64,000 nucleotides of DNA from Anaeramoeba ignava BMAN (lineage: Eukaryota > Protista > Anaeramoebae): positions 36,418-100,417 of the forward strand of contig JAPDFW010000005.1 in assembly GCA_028826165.1 (NCBI GenBank). Reading direction: 5' to 3'. The position numbers and the translations under genes are program-made. Positions 1 through 12,600 of the stretch are shown piece by piece. The notes under the pieces are model-generated. The model had not been told where the DNA came from and did not search any database. It saw only the letters and a list, made by a program, of their open reading frames with translations. Every line of letters begins with the position of its first letter. Positions within the stretch are counted from its first letter, which is position 1.

Positions 1-890
1 TTTAATTTAATTTAATTTAATTTAATTTAATTTTTGATTTTAATTTAATTTAAGTTTAATTTAAATTTGAATTTTGAATTTGGAATTTGAATTTAATTTG
101 AATTTAATTTAATTTGATTTGGAATTAATTTAATTTGATTTAATTTGAATTTAATTTGATTTTAATTTGATTTTAATTTAATTTGAATTTAATTTGAATT
201 TAATTTGAATTTAATTTGATTTTAAATTTAATTTGATTTTGAATTTAATTTGAATTTAATTTGATTTAATTTGATTTTGAATTGAATTTGATTTAATTTA
301 ATTTTTTGATTTTGATTTTGAATTTTTTGAATTTTAATTTAATTTAATTTTGAATTGAATTTTAATTTGAATTTGAATTTGATTTTGAAATTAATTTAAT
401 TTAATTTGAAATTTGAAAATTTAATTTAAAATTTAATTTAAATCAAAATTTGATTTTTAATTTGGATTTAATTTGATTTAATTTGAATTTAATTTGAATT
501 TAATTTGAATTTAATTTGATTTGAATTTAATTTGAATTTGAATTTGATTTGATTTGATTTAATTTGATTTGAATTTAATTTTAATTTGATTTTAATTAAT
601 TTGGATTTGAATTTGAATTTGGATTTAATTTGAATTTGATTTAATTTAAATTTTGAATTTGAATTTAAATTTGAAATTGAATTTAATTTGAATTTAATTT
701 GGATTTAATTTGATTTGAATTTGGATTTAATTTGAATTTAATTTGAATTTAATTTGATTTAATTTGATTTTGAAATTTAATTTGATTTTAATTTGATTTG
801 ATTTTTAAAATTTAATTTGAATTTGAAATTGAATTTGATTTAATTTGATTTTATTTAATTTGATTGAATTTGAATTTGATTTAATAATTC
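1..890. repeat. Intronic TTTAA/TTTGA/TTTGAA low-complexity microsatellite (CK1 intron)
   Basis: Degenerate 5-6 bp repeats following the GTATAT donor at 900-895 on the minus strand. Confidence 0.85.
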
Positions 891-900
891 CTTCATATAC

Positions 901-2432
901 AAGGAAGATCTTTGCATAATTCTTCAACATTTGTTGATATTTTCTTTTCAGAAATTTTATCATATTTTTGTTTCTTTGTTCCACCTCTAATTCCTTGCCA
1001 AGGTAAAGAACCTTTTAAAAAATAAATAAAAACATAACCTAAACTTTCTAAATCATCTCTTCTACTTTGAGCTATTTATATTGATTTTAATTTTGATTTT
1101 AATTTTGATTTTAATTTTAATTTTAATTTTAATTTTAATTTTAATTTTAATTTTAATTTTAATTTTAATTTTAATTTTAATTTTAATATTAATTTTAATT
1201 TTAATTTTAATTTTAATTTTAATTTTAATTTTAATTTTAATTTTAATTTTAATTTTAATTTTAATTTTAATTTTAATTTTAATTTTAATTTTAATTTTTA
1301 ATTTTAATTTTAATTTTAATTTTAATTTTAATTTATAATTTGAATTTGAATTTTAATTTTAACCAATTCCAAGATGTGTGTTAATTGAAACATATCTTGC
1401 TGTTCCTGTTAATTTCTTGTTTTCTTGATAAAGAATATGCTTTAATGTTTTTGGATTCCTATATTTTTTTGATAATCCAAAATCAATCACAAAAATTTGA
1501 TTTGCTTTTTTCTCTCTTCCAATTAAAAAATTATCAGGTTTAATATCACGATGAATAAAATTTTTAGAATGAATATATTCCAATCTTGATATCTGATTTT
1601 GATTTTAATTTTAATTTTAATTTTAATTTTGATTTTAATTTTAATTTTAATTTTAATTTTAATTTTAATTTTAATTTTTATTTTAATTTTGATTTTAATT
1701 TTGATTTTAATTTTGAATTTTGATTTTAATTTTAAATTTTAGTTTTAATTTTATAAATGAATTTTTAATTTTAAATGAATTTTAATTTTGATTTTAATTT
1801 TATAAATTAATATTAATAATTTTAAATTTTGATTTTAATTTTAATTTTAATTTTAATTTTAATTTTAATTTTAATTTTAATTTTAATTTTTATTTTGATT
1901 TTATTGAATTTTGATTTTTAATAGAAATAATTTACTAATTGATCTGCAATCATTAAAATAGTTTTTAAAGAAAATTTTCTAGAACATGAATTGAACAAAT
2001 CTTCAAGAGTTGGACCAAGTAAATCCATTATCATTACATTAAATTCACTTTCAATTCCAAACCACCTAACATACGGTATCCCTACACCTCCAGATAAAGT
2101 TCTATATACCTTACTTTCATATGATAATTGTGGATGTTTATTATTAAGACTCTCCTAAATAATTATTTAATTTAATTTCAAATTATATTTCCATTTTCCA
2201 TTTGGATTTTAGTTAAATTTTTAAAATTAATTTTCATTGATTTAATTTTATTTAAATTTTTTAATTTAATTTTTTTAAAACAAAATTCTCATGTTTTTAA
2301 ATTTTGGTTTTTTACAAGTTTTATTGCTACTTCTTCTTTTGTTGATACATTAAATCCTTCATAAATTACTCCAAATGATCCTGCACCAATTTTTCTCTCT
2401 AAACGATATTTATTTCCAACTCGCAAACTCAT
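901..2432 (-). CDS. CK1: Casein kinase 1 (delta/epsilon-like), 3'-partial; exons 2316-2432, 1936-2154, 1364-1592, 901-1071, continuing beyond window start
   Basis: Spliced translation [21 protein letters not shown]...[20 protein letters not shown]...[11 protein letters not shown].../[10 protein letters not shown]...DFGLSKKY...[28 protein letters not shown]...LPWQG; all GT-AG junctions keep frame. Confidence 0.95.
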
Positions 2433-2496
2433 CAAATTAAATTTAAAATTAAAAAATTAAAAAATTAAAAAATTAAAAAAATTAAAAATGAAAAAA

Positions 2497-3620
2497 ATTA
2501 ATTTAATATAATGAAATAAATATAAATTATTTAAAATAATTAGATTAAATTGGTTCATTTATTCTTATAAATAATTTATATTTTAAATTTATTAAAAAAT
2601 TGATTAAAATAATTTATTAATTTTATATTATGAAATGAATATAAAATATTTAATTTTTAATTAATAAATTAATTTAAAATAATTAGATTAAATTGATTCA
2701 TTTATTCTTGTAAATAATTTATCTTTTAGATTTATTTAAAAATTTGATTAAAATAATTTATTAATTTTATATTATGAAATAAATATAAAATATTTAATTT
2801 TTAATTAATAATTTAATTTTAAAATAATTAGACTAAATTGATTCATTTATTCTTATAAATAATTTATCTTTTAGATTTACTTAAAAAATTTGATTAAAAT
2901 AATTTATTAATTTTATATTATGAAATGAATATAAAAATATTTAATTTTTAATTAATAAATTATTTTAAAATAATTAGATTAAATTGATTCATTTATTCTT
3001 ATAAATAATTTATATTTTAAATTTATTTAAAAATTTGATTAAAATAATTTATTAATTTTATATTATGAAATAAATATAAAATATTTAATTTTTAATTAAT
3101 AATTTAATTTAAAATAATTAGATTAAATTGGTTCATTTATTCTTGTAAATAATTTATCTTTTAGATTTATTTAAAAATTTGATTAAAATAATTTATTAAT
3201 TTTATATTATGAAATGAATATAAAATATTTAATTTTTAATTAATAATTTAATTTAAAATAATTAGATTAAATTGGTTCATTTATTCTTATAAATAATTTA
3301 TATTTTAAATTTATTTAAAAATTTGATTAAAACTAATTTATTAATTTTATATTATGAAATGAATATAAAATATTTAATTTTTAATTAATAAATTTAATTT
3401 AAAAATAATTAGATTAAATTGATTCATTTATTCTTATAAATAATTTATATTTTAGATTTATTTAAAAATTTGATTAAAATAATTTATTAATTTTATATTA
3501 TGAAATGAATATAAAATATTTAATTTTTAATTAATAATTTAATTTAAAATAATTAGATTAAATTGGTTCATTTATTCTTGTAAATAATTTATCTTTTAGA
3601 TTTATTTAAAAATTTGATAA
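2497..3620. repeat. AT-rich tandem satellite, ~145 bp unit, ~7.7 copies
   Basis: Marker TAGAYTAAATTG recurs at about 2541, 2684, 2829, 2975, 3119, 3263, 3409, 3554. Confidence 0.92.
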
Positions 3621-3664
3621 AACAAAATTTCTTTTTTTTTTTATTAATTTTTTTTTTTATTGTT

Positions 3665-3711
3665 TAATGCAGGCAAAATTTCTTTATTTTAATTTTAATT
3701 TGCAGGCAAAA
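3665..3711 (+). promoter_or_regulatory. Duplicated TGCAGGCAAA motif upstream of the PAH gene
   Basis: TAATGCAGGCAAAA at 3665 and TGCAGGCAAAA at 3701, GC islands in nearly pure AT sequence; the same 13-mer occurs on the minus strand at 58226-58238. Confidence 0.45.
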
Positions 3712-4038
3712 ATTTTTTTCTTTTTATTTTTTTATTTAATTTAAAAAGAAAGATTTTTTCATTTTTCCCTTTTTTTTTTTCTTTCTTTTTCTTGTTCTTT
3801 TTCTTTCTTTCTTTTTCTTTTATATTATTTTTGTAATCAAAATTAACTTTTAAATTCAATTTCTTTATTAAATTAAATTAAATTTTCAAATTAAATTTTA
3901 AATTAAAAACTTTTTTTTTAAAAAAGATCAAGAAAAAGGAAAAAAAAAAGAAGAACAAAAAAAATCAATTTTCTTTTAAAAAATTCAAAAAGATTTGCGT
4001 TTTCCAAAAAAAAAATAAAAGAAGAACAAAAAAATAAA

Positions 4039-6336
4039 ATGAATGAAAACAAAGAAGATGAAGAAAAAAATGAAGAAAAATCCAAAAATGTTGATGATTT
4101 ACAGTTAAATTGTCATTTAGAATTTTCTTTTGAAAATCAAAAAGAAAATCAAAAAGAAACTAAAAATTCATCAGAATTTATTTTTAATTATTCTGAAAAG
4201 GATTTAAATGAAAAAACTATTTTAGAAACACTTTCTCAAAATGAAAATAAAAATGATAAAATTAATTTAAGTTATTGTTTAGCCAATCAAAATAATTGTG
4301 GGAATTTTGATGATAATTTTATATTTCAATCAAAAGAAGAACAAAAGAAATCACTTAATTTTTATTTTCAAAAAGAGAGAAGGTATTGGATAAAGAAAAA
4401 TAGAATTTTTTACGAATATTTCTTTTTAATTTAAATTATTTGATTTGATTTAAATATTATTTTGATTTTATTTAATTTATTTCAAAATTAATTTAATTTA
4501 ATTTTTGAATTTAAATTTAATTTAATTTGGATTTAATTTGATTTTTGATTTAATTTTTTAAAATTTAATTATTATAATTGAATTTAATTTGATTTGATTT
4601 AATTTGATTTGATTTGATTTGATTTGATTTCCAAATTTAAAAAGATTTGAACAAATTTAATTTGATTTAATTTAATTTGATTTGAAAATTTGAAGAAATT
4701 TGAAAAAATGATTTGATTTGATTTACATTTAAATTTAATTTAATTTAATTTTCTTTTAATTTGATTCAAAAAGAAATTCAAATTTGATTTAATTTTGATT
4801 TAATTTAATTTAAATTTGATTTAATTTAATTTGATTTAATTTGATTTAATTTAATTTTAATTTAATTTTAATTTAATTGAATTTAATTTGATTTAATTTA
4901 ATTTAATTTGATTTTATTTGGTTAGCCAATTTTAATTTAATTTAATTTAATTTTTTGAATTTAATTTAATTTTTTATTTCAATTTAATTTGGAAATTTTA
5001 ATTTTTATTTTCAAAAAAATTTAATTTGATTTGATTTTAAGAAAATTTGATTTAATTTAATTTTAAATTTAATTTAAATTATTTGATTTGATTTAATTTG
5101 ATTTGATTTAATTTTATTGAATTTGATTTGAATTGATTTAAATTTGAATTTAATTTGATTTAATTTTAATTGAATTGAAATTTAATTTGGATTTGATTTG
5201 ATTTGATTTAATTTGATTTAATTTAATTTAATTTAATTTAATTTGATTTAATTTGATTTAATTTGATTTAATTTAATTTAATTTAATTTGATTTTGATTT
5301 GATTTGATTTGATTTGATTTGATTTAATTTGATTTAATTTGATTTAATTTGATTTGATTTTAATTTAATTTGATTTAATTTGATTTATTTAATTTAATTT
5401 AATTTGATTTAATTTAATTTAATTTGATTTAATTTGATTTAATTTAATTTGATTTGATTTAATTTGATTTGATTTAATTTAATTTGATTTAATTTAATTT
5501 AATTTGATTTGATTTGATTTAATTTAATTTAATTTAATTTGATTTAATTTGATTTAATTTGATTTAATTTAATTTGATTTAAATTTGATTTAATTTAATT
5601 TGATTTAAATTTGATTTAATTTAATTTGATTTAAATTTGATTTAATTTAATTTGATTTAATTTGATTTTATTCAATTTTTGTAAAAAAAAAAAAAGTGAA
5701 CAAGATTTTGAAACACAAAATCAAACAACAAAAGCATTAGAATTTTTAGAAAAAGTTCAAAATAGATACAAAGAAAAACCACAAATATATCGAAATTTTT
5801 TGAATCTTATAAAACAATATAAATGCGGAAAAATGAACACACAACATTTTATTCACGAAGTGTTTTTTCTTTTCCATAAACATAAAGATCTTATTTTAGG
5901 ATTAAATAACTTTCTACCAAAAAATACAAGAATCACGGAACAAGTTTTGGAAAGAAAATTATCACAAGTTAGTTTAGCTGTTGAATTTGTATCAAAAATT
6001 CATAAAAGATTTGAAGATAACCCACAAATTTATAACGAATTTGTTCAACTTCTTTTCGGTTATCATTTGAATAAAATTTCAACTGATGAAACTCTTCAAA
6101 AAATTTCTCATTTATTTTCTGATGATCCAATTTTAATCCAAGAATTTTTGCGTTTTATTCCTCTTGGAAATCAAACTAATCAAGGTTTATTTTGTAAAAA
6201 TGATAGGAAAAACAAAAAAGGAGAACTTTTAGAATGTCCTCATTTTGTAGAATGTAAAAGGCAAAAATTGGAACAAAAAAAAAATGGAGAAAAAAAAAAT
6301 GGAGAAAAAAATGATGAAAAAAAAAATTATAATTGA
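4039..6336 (+). CDS. Stand-alone paired amphipathic helix (2x PAH, Sin3-like) protein; exons 4039-4382, 5697-6336
   Basis: ALEFLEKVQNRY...QIYRNFLNLIKQYK...VFFLFHKHKDLILGLNNFLP and AVEFVSKIHKRF...QIYNEFVQLL...ISHLFSDDPILIQEFLRFIP match the PAH consensus; the AG|GT...AAG|T junction is in frame. Confidence 0.85.
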
Positions 6337-6649
6337 AAAAAGATTATGTTTTCTTTTTTGTGTGCTTTTTTTTCTGTGTTTTGTTTTCAATTCTTCTTTC
6401 ATATTCTTATTCTTCTTCTTTCATAATTTTTTTTTATTTACATTTCTTTAAATGTGGAATTGAAAATAAAAGAAAAAAGAAGAAACAAAGAAACAAATTT
6501 AAAAAAAGATTTTATTTTTCTTTTTTCTTTTTATTTTTTATTTTTGTTTTTATTTATGTTTTTTATTTTGCCGGTTATTATTTTTTTTAAATTTTAATTT
6601 TTCATTTTTAATTTTTCATTTTTCATTTTTTTTTTTAATTAAAATCAAA

Positions 6650-9600
6650 ATGAGTAAAAAAGTTTCAAAAACAACTTTAAAAAGAAAAAAAACAATAAGT
6701 AATCTTTCAAATATTGTTTTACAATCAGATTCTACAACAAGTTTATATTCATTTGAAACAAGAGGTAAAAAAAAAAAAACAAAAACAAAAATTTAAAAAA
6801 AAAAATGCAAAAAAAAAATTTTTTAAAATGAGAAATTCATTCCAAAATTTTCATCTCAAAATTCTATGAATATTAAAATTAACACCCTATGTGCCTTTTT
6901 ATTTTTTCTAACGCGAATGAATATAAAAAAATTCTACAGATAAAAAGACATATTCAGGACCTGATATCACACCTTTTCATATCCACGATCATCCCAAAAC
7001 CGACAACAGAAAATTTCCAGTTTATTATGACATAGAAGGAAACTATTACGATATTCATTATCGACGAGTTTCTCAGGAATTAGTTACACGCAACGAACTT
7101 GAAAAAACAAAGTTAGAAACTGAAAAAAATTTAGAAACAGAACTGTCAAATGCACAAGAGGATGACATTGAGTTTATAAGAAATAAAAACAGTGCTTTGA
7201 TCTCTAACTTCCCTGATGATCTTCAGGATATTCCTTCCTTTCCAAAATCACAGGGCTTCTCTTCTTTTGATGACTTTGAACAGGCTTTAATTGCTTGGAA
7301 AAATAAAATTACTTCTCGTTTTGGTTTTGTTCAACATCCTATTTATATTGGTAGAAGTTATCCAAGACCTTATCTTGCTGCTGAACAGGTTTGTTTTATC
7401 TTTTTCACATTAAATTAAAATTCATTTATTAAATTAAAATTCATTTATAAAAATTAAAATTCATTTATAAAATTAAAATTCATTTATAAAATTCAAATTA
7501 AAATTAAAATTAAAATTCATTTATAAAATTAAAATTCATTTTTAAAATTAAAATTCATTTATAAAATTAAAATTCATTTATAAAATTAAAATTCATTTAT
7601 AAAAATTAAAATTAAATTTAAAATTAAAATTAAAATTCATTTATAAAATTAAAATTAAAATTAAAATTAAAATTAAATTTAAAATCAAAATTAAAATTCA
7701 TTTATAAAATTAAAATTAAAATTAAAATTAAAATTAAATTTATAAAATTAAAATTAAAATTAAAAATCAAAATTAAATTTAAAATTTAAAATTAAAATTA
7801 AAATTAAAATTAAAATTAAAAAAATTAAAATTAAAATCAAAATCAAATTTAAAATTAAAATTAAAATTAAAATTAAAATAAAAATTAAAATTCAAATTAA
7901 AATTAAAATTCATTTATAAAATTAAAATTAAAATTAAAATTAAAATTAAAATAAAAATCAAAATTAAAATTAAAATTAAAATTAAAATCAAAATTAAAAT
8001 TCATTTATAAAAATTAAAATTAAAATCAAAATTAAAATTCATTTATAAAAATTAAAATTCATTTATAAAATTAAAATAAAAATTAAAATTAAAATAAAAT
8101 TAAAATTAAAATTAAAATTAAAATTAAAATCAAAATTAAATTTAAAATTTAAATTAAAATTAAAATTAAAATTCATTTATAAAATTAAAATTAAAATTAA
8201 AAAGTCTGAAAAAAAACAAGATCAAGAAGAAAGATCATCAGTAACAGATTCTGAAAGAATGTCAACAGATTCAAAAAGAACTTCTGAACAAATTCCTAGA
8301 ACTTCATCAACTTCAAAAGATTCACCAAGAACTTCTTCAATTGGTAAAAGTAAAATAATAGAAACTGCTCATATAGAAAGAAGGCACAGTACTATTGATG
8401 AACATTTAGATCATTTTTCTCAAAAAAAAGTAAATTAAAATTTAAAATTTAAAATTTCAATTTAATTTAAATTAATTTAAAATTAAAATTTTTTTAGATG
8501 GATAAATTACCTGATTTTATGGAAGGAACTTCTTTATTTATTTCTGATAAAGAGCAATGGTCAAACAAATTAATTCCTCCTGAACCAAAACCTGATAATT
8601 ATTCATCATTTGAAGGTTTATTGTTAAACAAATCTAAAGAAGATTTAAATTATTTAAAATATTCAAAATATATTTAAATTAAATTATTCAAATTAAATTA
8701 TTTAAAATATTCAAAATAAAATATTTAAATTAAATTATTTAAATTAAATTAATATATTTAAATTAAAATATTTTAAATTTAAAATTTAAATTATTTAAAA
8801 TATTCAAAATATATTTAAATTAAATTGATTTAAATTCAAATTAATAAATTAAATTATTTAAATTAAATTGATTTAAATTAAATTGATTTAAATTCAAATT
8901 AATAAATTAAATTATTTAAATTAAATTATTTAAATTTAAATTAATATTTAAATAGAATTTGAAAAAGCTTTTCAAAGATGGTCTCAAATTGTTATGGGAA
9001 CTCTTCCAAAAATACCAATTCATTCAAGACAACTTTCTGAAATTTATGGAATTTTAACTGAAAAAGAAATAGAAGAAAAAGAAACAAAACGAAGAAAAGA
9101 AGAAAATGCACTTATTTTTATTGTAAAATATTCGAAAAACAAATTCATAAATATTTTAAACATTTCAAAATAAATATTTAAAATTATTCAATTTTATTGT
9201 AAAAAAGGAACGCGTTAAAAAAACAAAAAAACAAATTCCAGAAATCGATCGCTATTATTATTGGATGAAAAGACTCAATTATTCATTCTTTACATCACTT
9301 GTTAGTTCAGGAATATTATCATATGATTATTTACAATATTTAGTTTATAAAAAAACCAAAGAAGAAATTTTATCAGAAATTGAAATTGAAAAACAAAATC
9401 AAGAAAAAATGGAAATTATGAATCGAGAAAAACAAAAGAAATTAAAAAATCTTGAAAAACAAGAGAAAGAAATGGTCATGAAATTAAGCATGACACAAGA
9501 AGATCGTTCAAACATAGAACAAACCACATTTGGAAAAGATACTCCAAAAGTTAATTTAAGTGAAGAAGCAATCAAAGGAGTTCAAAATTTTTTCTCAATT

Positions 9601-12600
9601 TTAAACGAAAAAAAAGAAAAGAATTTCAGTTTTTATCGTAGTTTTTGTAAACCTATTATTGGCAAAATTCATGGTACTTTGCCAAAAAGTGATTTAGCTT
9701 TTCAACAACAAAAATTGGCTACTGAACAAAAAGGTGGTTTATTACAAACTTCAAGAGCTTCTTTGTATTTAAGAAGAACTGATTTAACTGGTCCAATGAT
9801 TAATTCTTCAATGGATTGTCCTTCTGAAGTTGATGTAGAATTCAAAATTTATTTATAAAATTAAAATTCATTTATTAAAATTAAATTATAAATTTAAAAT
9901 TTATTTATAAAATTAAAATTTAAATTTAAAATTAAAATTAAAATTAAAATTAAATTTAAAATTAAAATTAAAATTAAAATTAAAATTAAATTAAAATTAA
10001 AATTAAAATTAAAATTAAAATTAAAATTAAAATTAAAATTAAAATTTAAAATTAAAATTAAAATTCAAAATTAAAATTAAAATTAAAGGGAAAAAATGTA
10101 CTTTTTGCAGTTCCTCCTTATGAAATTTCTGATGCTTTTGATTTTGAAAAAATTTATAATGAACAATCACGAAAAGCAACAATAAGTCAAATTTCAAAAG
10201 TTGATAATCAAAAAAGACTTGATCAAATACAATTTTGGTATAATCCAGCAAAATATTCATTAGAAGTAATTCAAAAATAATTCAAAAATAATTCAAAAAC
10301 AATTCAAAAACAATTCAAAAACAATTTTTCATTTTAAAATTTTTTCATTTAATAAAAAAAAAAGAAATTTAATGAACAAAAGATAAAAATTAATCAATTA
10401 ATTAATCAATCATCAGATAAATTTACAATTGATACTTTAAGACAAATTCTTTGTATTGAAATGTGTTTAGATCAATTTACAAATTTATTATCAGATTATG
10501 TTATTTTTAAGAACAAACAAGTTCCATATTCTCAAGTTTTTTTATCATGTATTACTGCTGATAATTTTTCGGAAATTCTCAAGATTTTCCGTGAAACAAC
10601 TTCTTTTCAAATTCATGCACAGGTTTTGTTTTAAAAATTCATTTATAAAATTAAAATTAAAATTAAAATTAAAATTAAAATTAAAATTAAAATTAAAATT
10701 AAAATTAAAATTAAAATTAAAATTAAAATTAAAATTAAAATTAAAATTAAAATTAAAATTAAAATTAAAATTAAAATTAAAATTAAAATTAAAATTAAAA
10801 TTTAAATTAAAATTAAAATTAAAATTAAAATTAAAATTAAAATTAAAATCAAAATTAAAATCAAAATTAAAATTAAAATTAAAATTAAAATTAAAATTAA
10901 AATTAAAATTAAAATTAAAATTAAAATCAAAATTAAAATTAAAATTAAAATTAAAATTAAAATTAAAATTAAAATTAAAATTAAAATTAAAATTAAAATT
11001 AAAATTAAAATTAAAATTAAAATTAAAATTCATTTATAAAATTAAAATTAAAATTAAAATTAAAATTCAAATTTAAAATAAAATTAAAATTCATTTATAA
11101 AATTAATATTAAAAAATAGCTTGCACAATTTGTTTCTGAAACACTTCAAGCAGGAATTTCAAAACAAATTATTGAAAAATATGTTAGAGAACATGATGTT
11201 AATAATTTATATTATATGGCTTATGCATTTAACTTTTTAGAAGATAGTCCAATACCAATTTTCCCACAAGATTCAGAAGTTCTTTATTTATCTAAAAAGG
11301 TAGAAACAAAATTATTAAATATTCAAAAAGAAAGGAAAACAAATTAATTGAAATTTTAATCAAAAAAATTTTTTTTACTTTGTTTCTTTTAAAATGATTT
11401 TTTTATTAGCATTTTTCAGGTGCAACTTTATCATTAGAAAAAAGTATTTTTACACATTATTATTTATCATTAATTTGGAAAGGATTGAATCGAGGAAATC
11501 AAAATTTCTTGTTTGTTAATGTGAACTCACAAATTCAACAATATTTAAAGAATTTGAAAAATTCATTTGGAATGACAATTCAATCTAATTTACAATTTTT
11601 AAGAACTGATTTATTTAAAGCTATTGAATCTTCTTCTATTAAAATATCAGGGTATTATTTGTTACTTTTAATGTTTTTAATCAAAGCTGAAGATAAAGTT
11701 TTAGATGTAAATATTAATAATTTTAATAATTTTAATAATTTTAATAATTTTAATAATTTTAATAATTTTAATAATTTTAATAATTTTAATAATTTTAATA
11801 ATTTTATAAATTTAATTTTATAAATGAATTTTAATAATTTTAATAGGAAATCCTTCAATCAAAAGAAACAGCATTAATAGACAAAATCAAGTATTTAACA
11901 AACTCTAAATATACACACGTTCGGTTTTCATGCTTACAAATTTGGAATCAATTATTAACATTTCCTGGATGGACAAACTTCCTGGTCAATTATTACACAG
12001 AAAACATTGAAGTCCTTTTAAAAGAATTCACACCACCTTTACTAAACGACTTTAAAGAAAACGAAGAAGAAGACAAAAAGGCGCGATTTATGCTTGTGTT
12101 AATTGACAACCTTTTTGAGGTTGTTTTTGAAGAAATAATTTCTAAATCAAACAAAGAAAGCATTCTTATTAATCCCGATTTATATTTTGAATTGATTAAA
12201 AAATTGGAAACTTACATTCGGGAAAACTACACAAATTCAACACTAATTTATATTGGGAAATTCCTGCGAAATTTAGTCTCATCATTTTCAAGCTTAAAAT
12301 TAATTGATCCGATTAGCAAAGAAGATAAAACAAAAATAGTGACATCTCAATTTAAAAAAAAGCTTCGCATCTCAGAAGAAGATTGTCTAAGAATATTATC
12401 AATTGTTGGCAAAGCGCCGCATTCATTGGATCAAATGAAGACGTATTTAATTGAGATTGTTTGTGATTTGATTCGTCCTGAAGGAATTTTTGAGATTATA
12501 AGATCTTCAACTGGATTTTTTCCTCAATTTATTTCTTTATTTCGTGATTGCAAAAATTTCGAGCTTTCGGATCAGTTTTGGAGATTGTATTATGAGACTA

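Noticed and set aside
1081-1338. ORFs such as ILILIL, LKLKLK, NFNFNF, FKFKFK (also 10498-11076, 13402-13997, 18288-18668, 19339-19743, 23008-23448, 27346-27867, 38827-39096)
   Set aside because: Stop-free translations of intronic or intergenic microsatellites, or antisense/alternate frames of repeat-rich genes
2497-3620. CRISPR-like array
   Set aside because: Units repeat in full with no unique spacers, the context is eukaryotic and there are no cas genes
6765-6939. Intronic snoRNA in the relatively GC-rich first intron of the ScaA-like gene
   Set aside because: No convincing C/D boxes or H/ACA double hairpin seen
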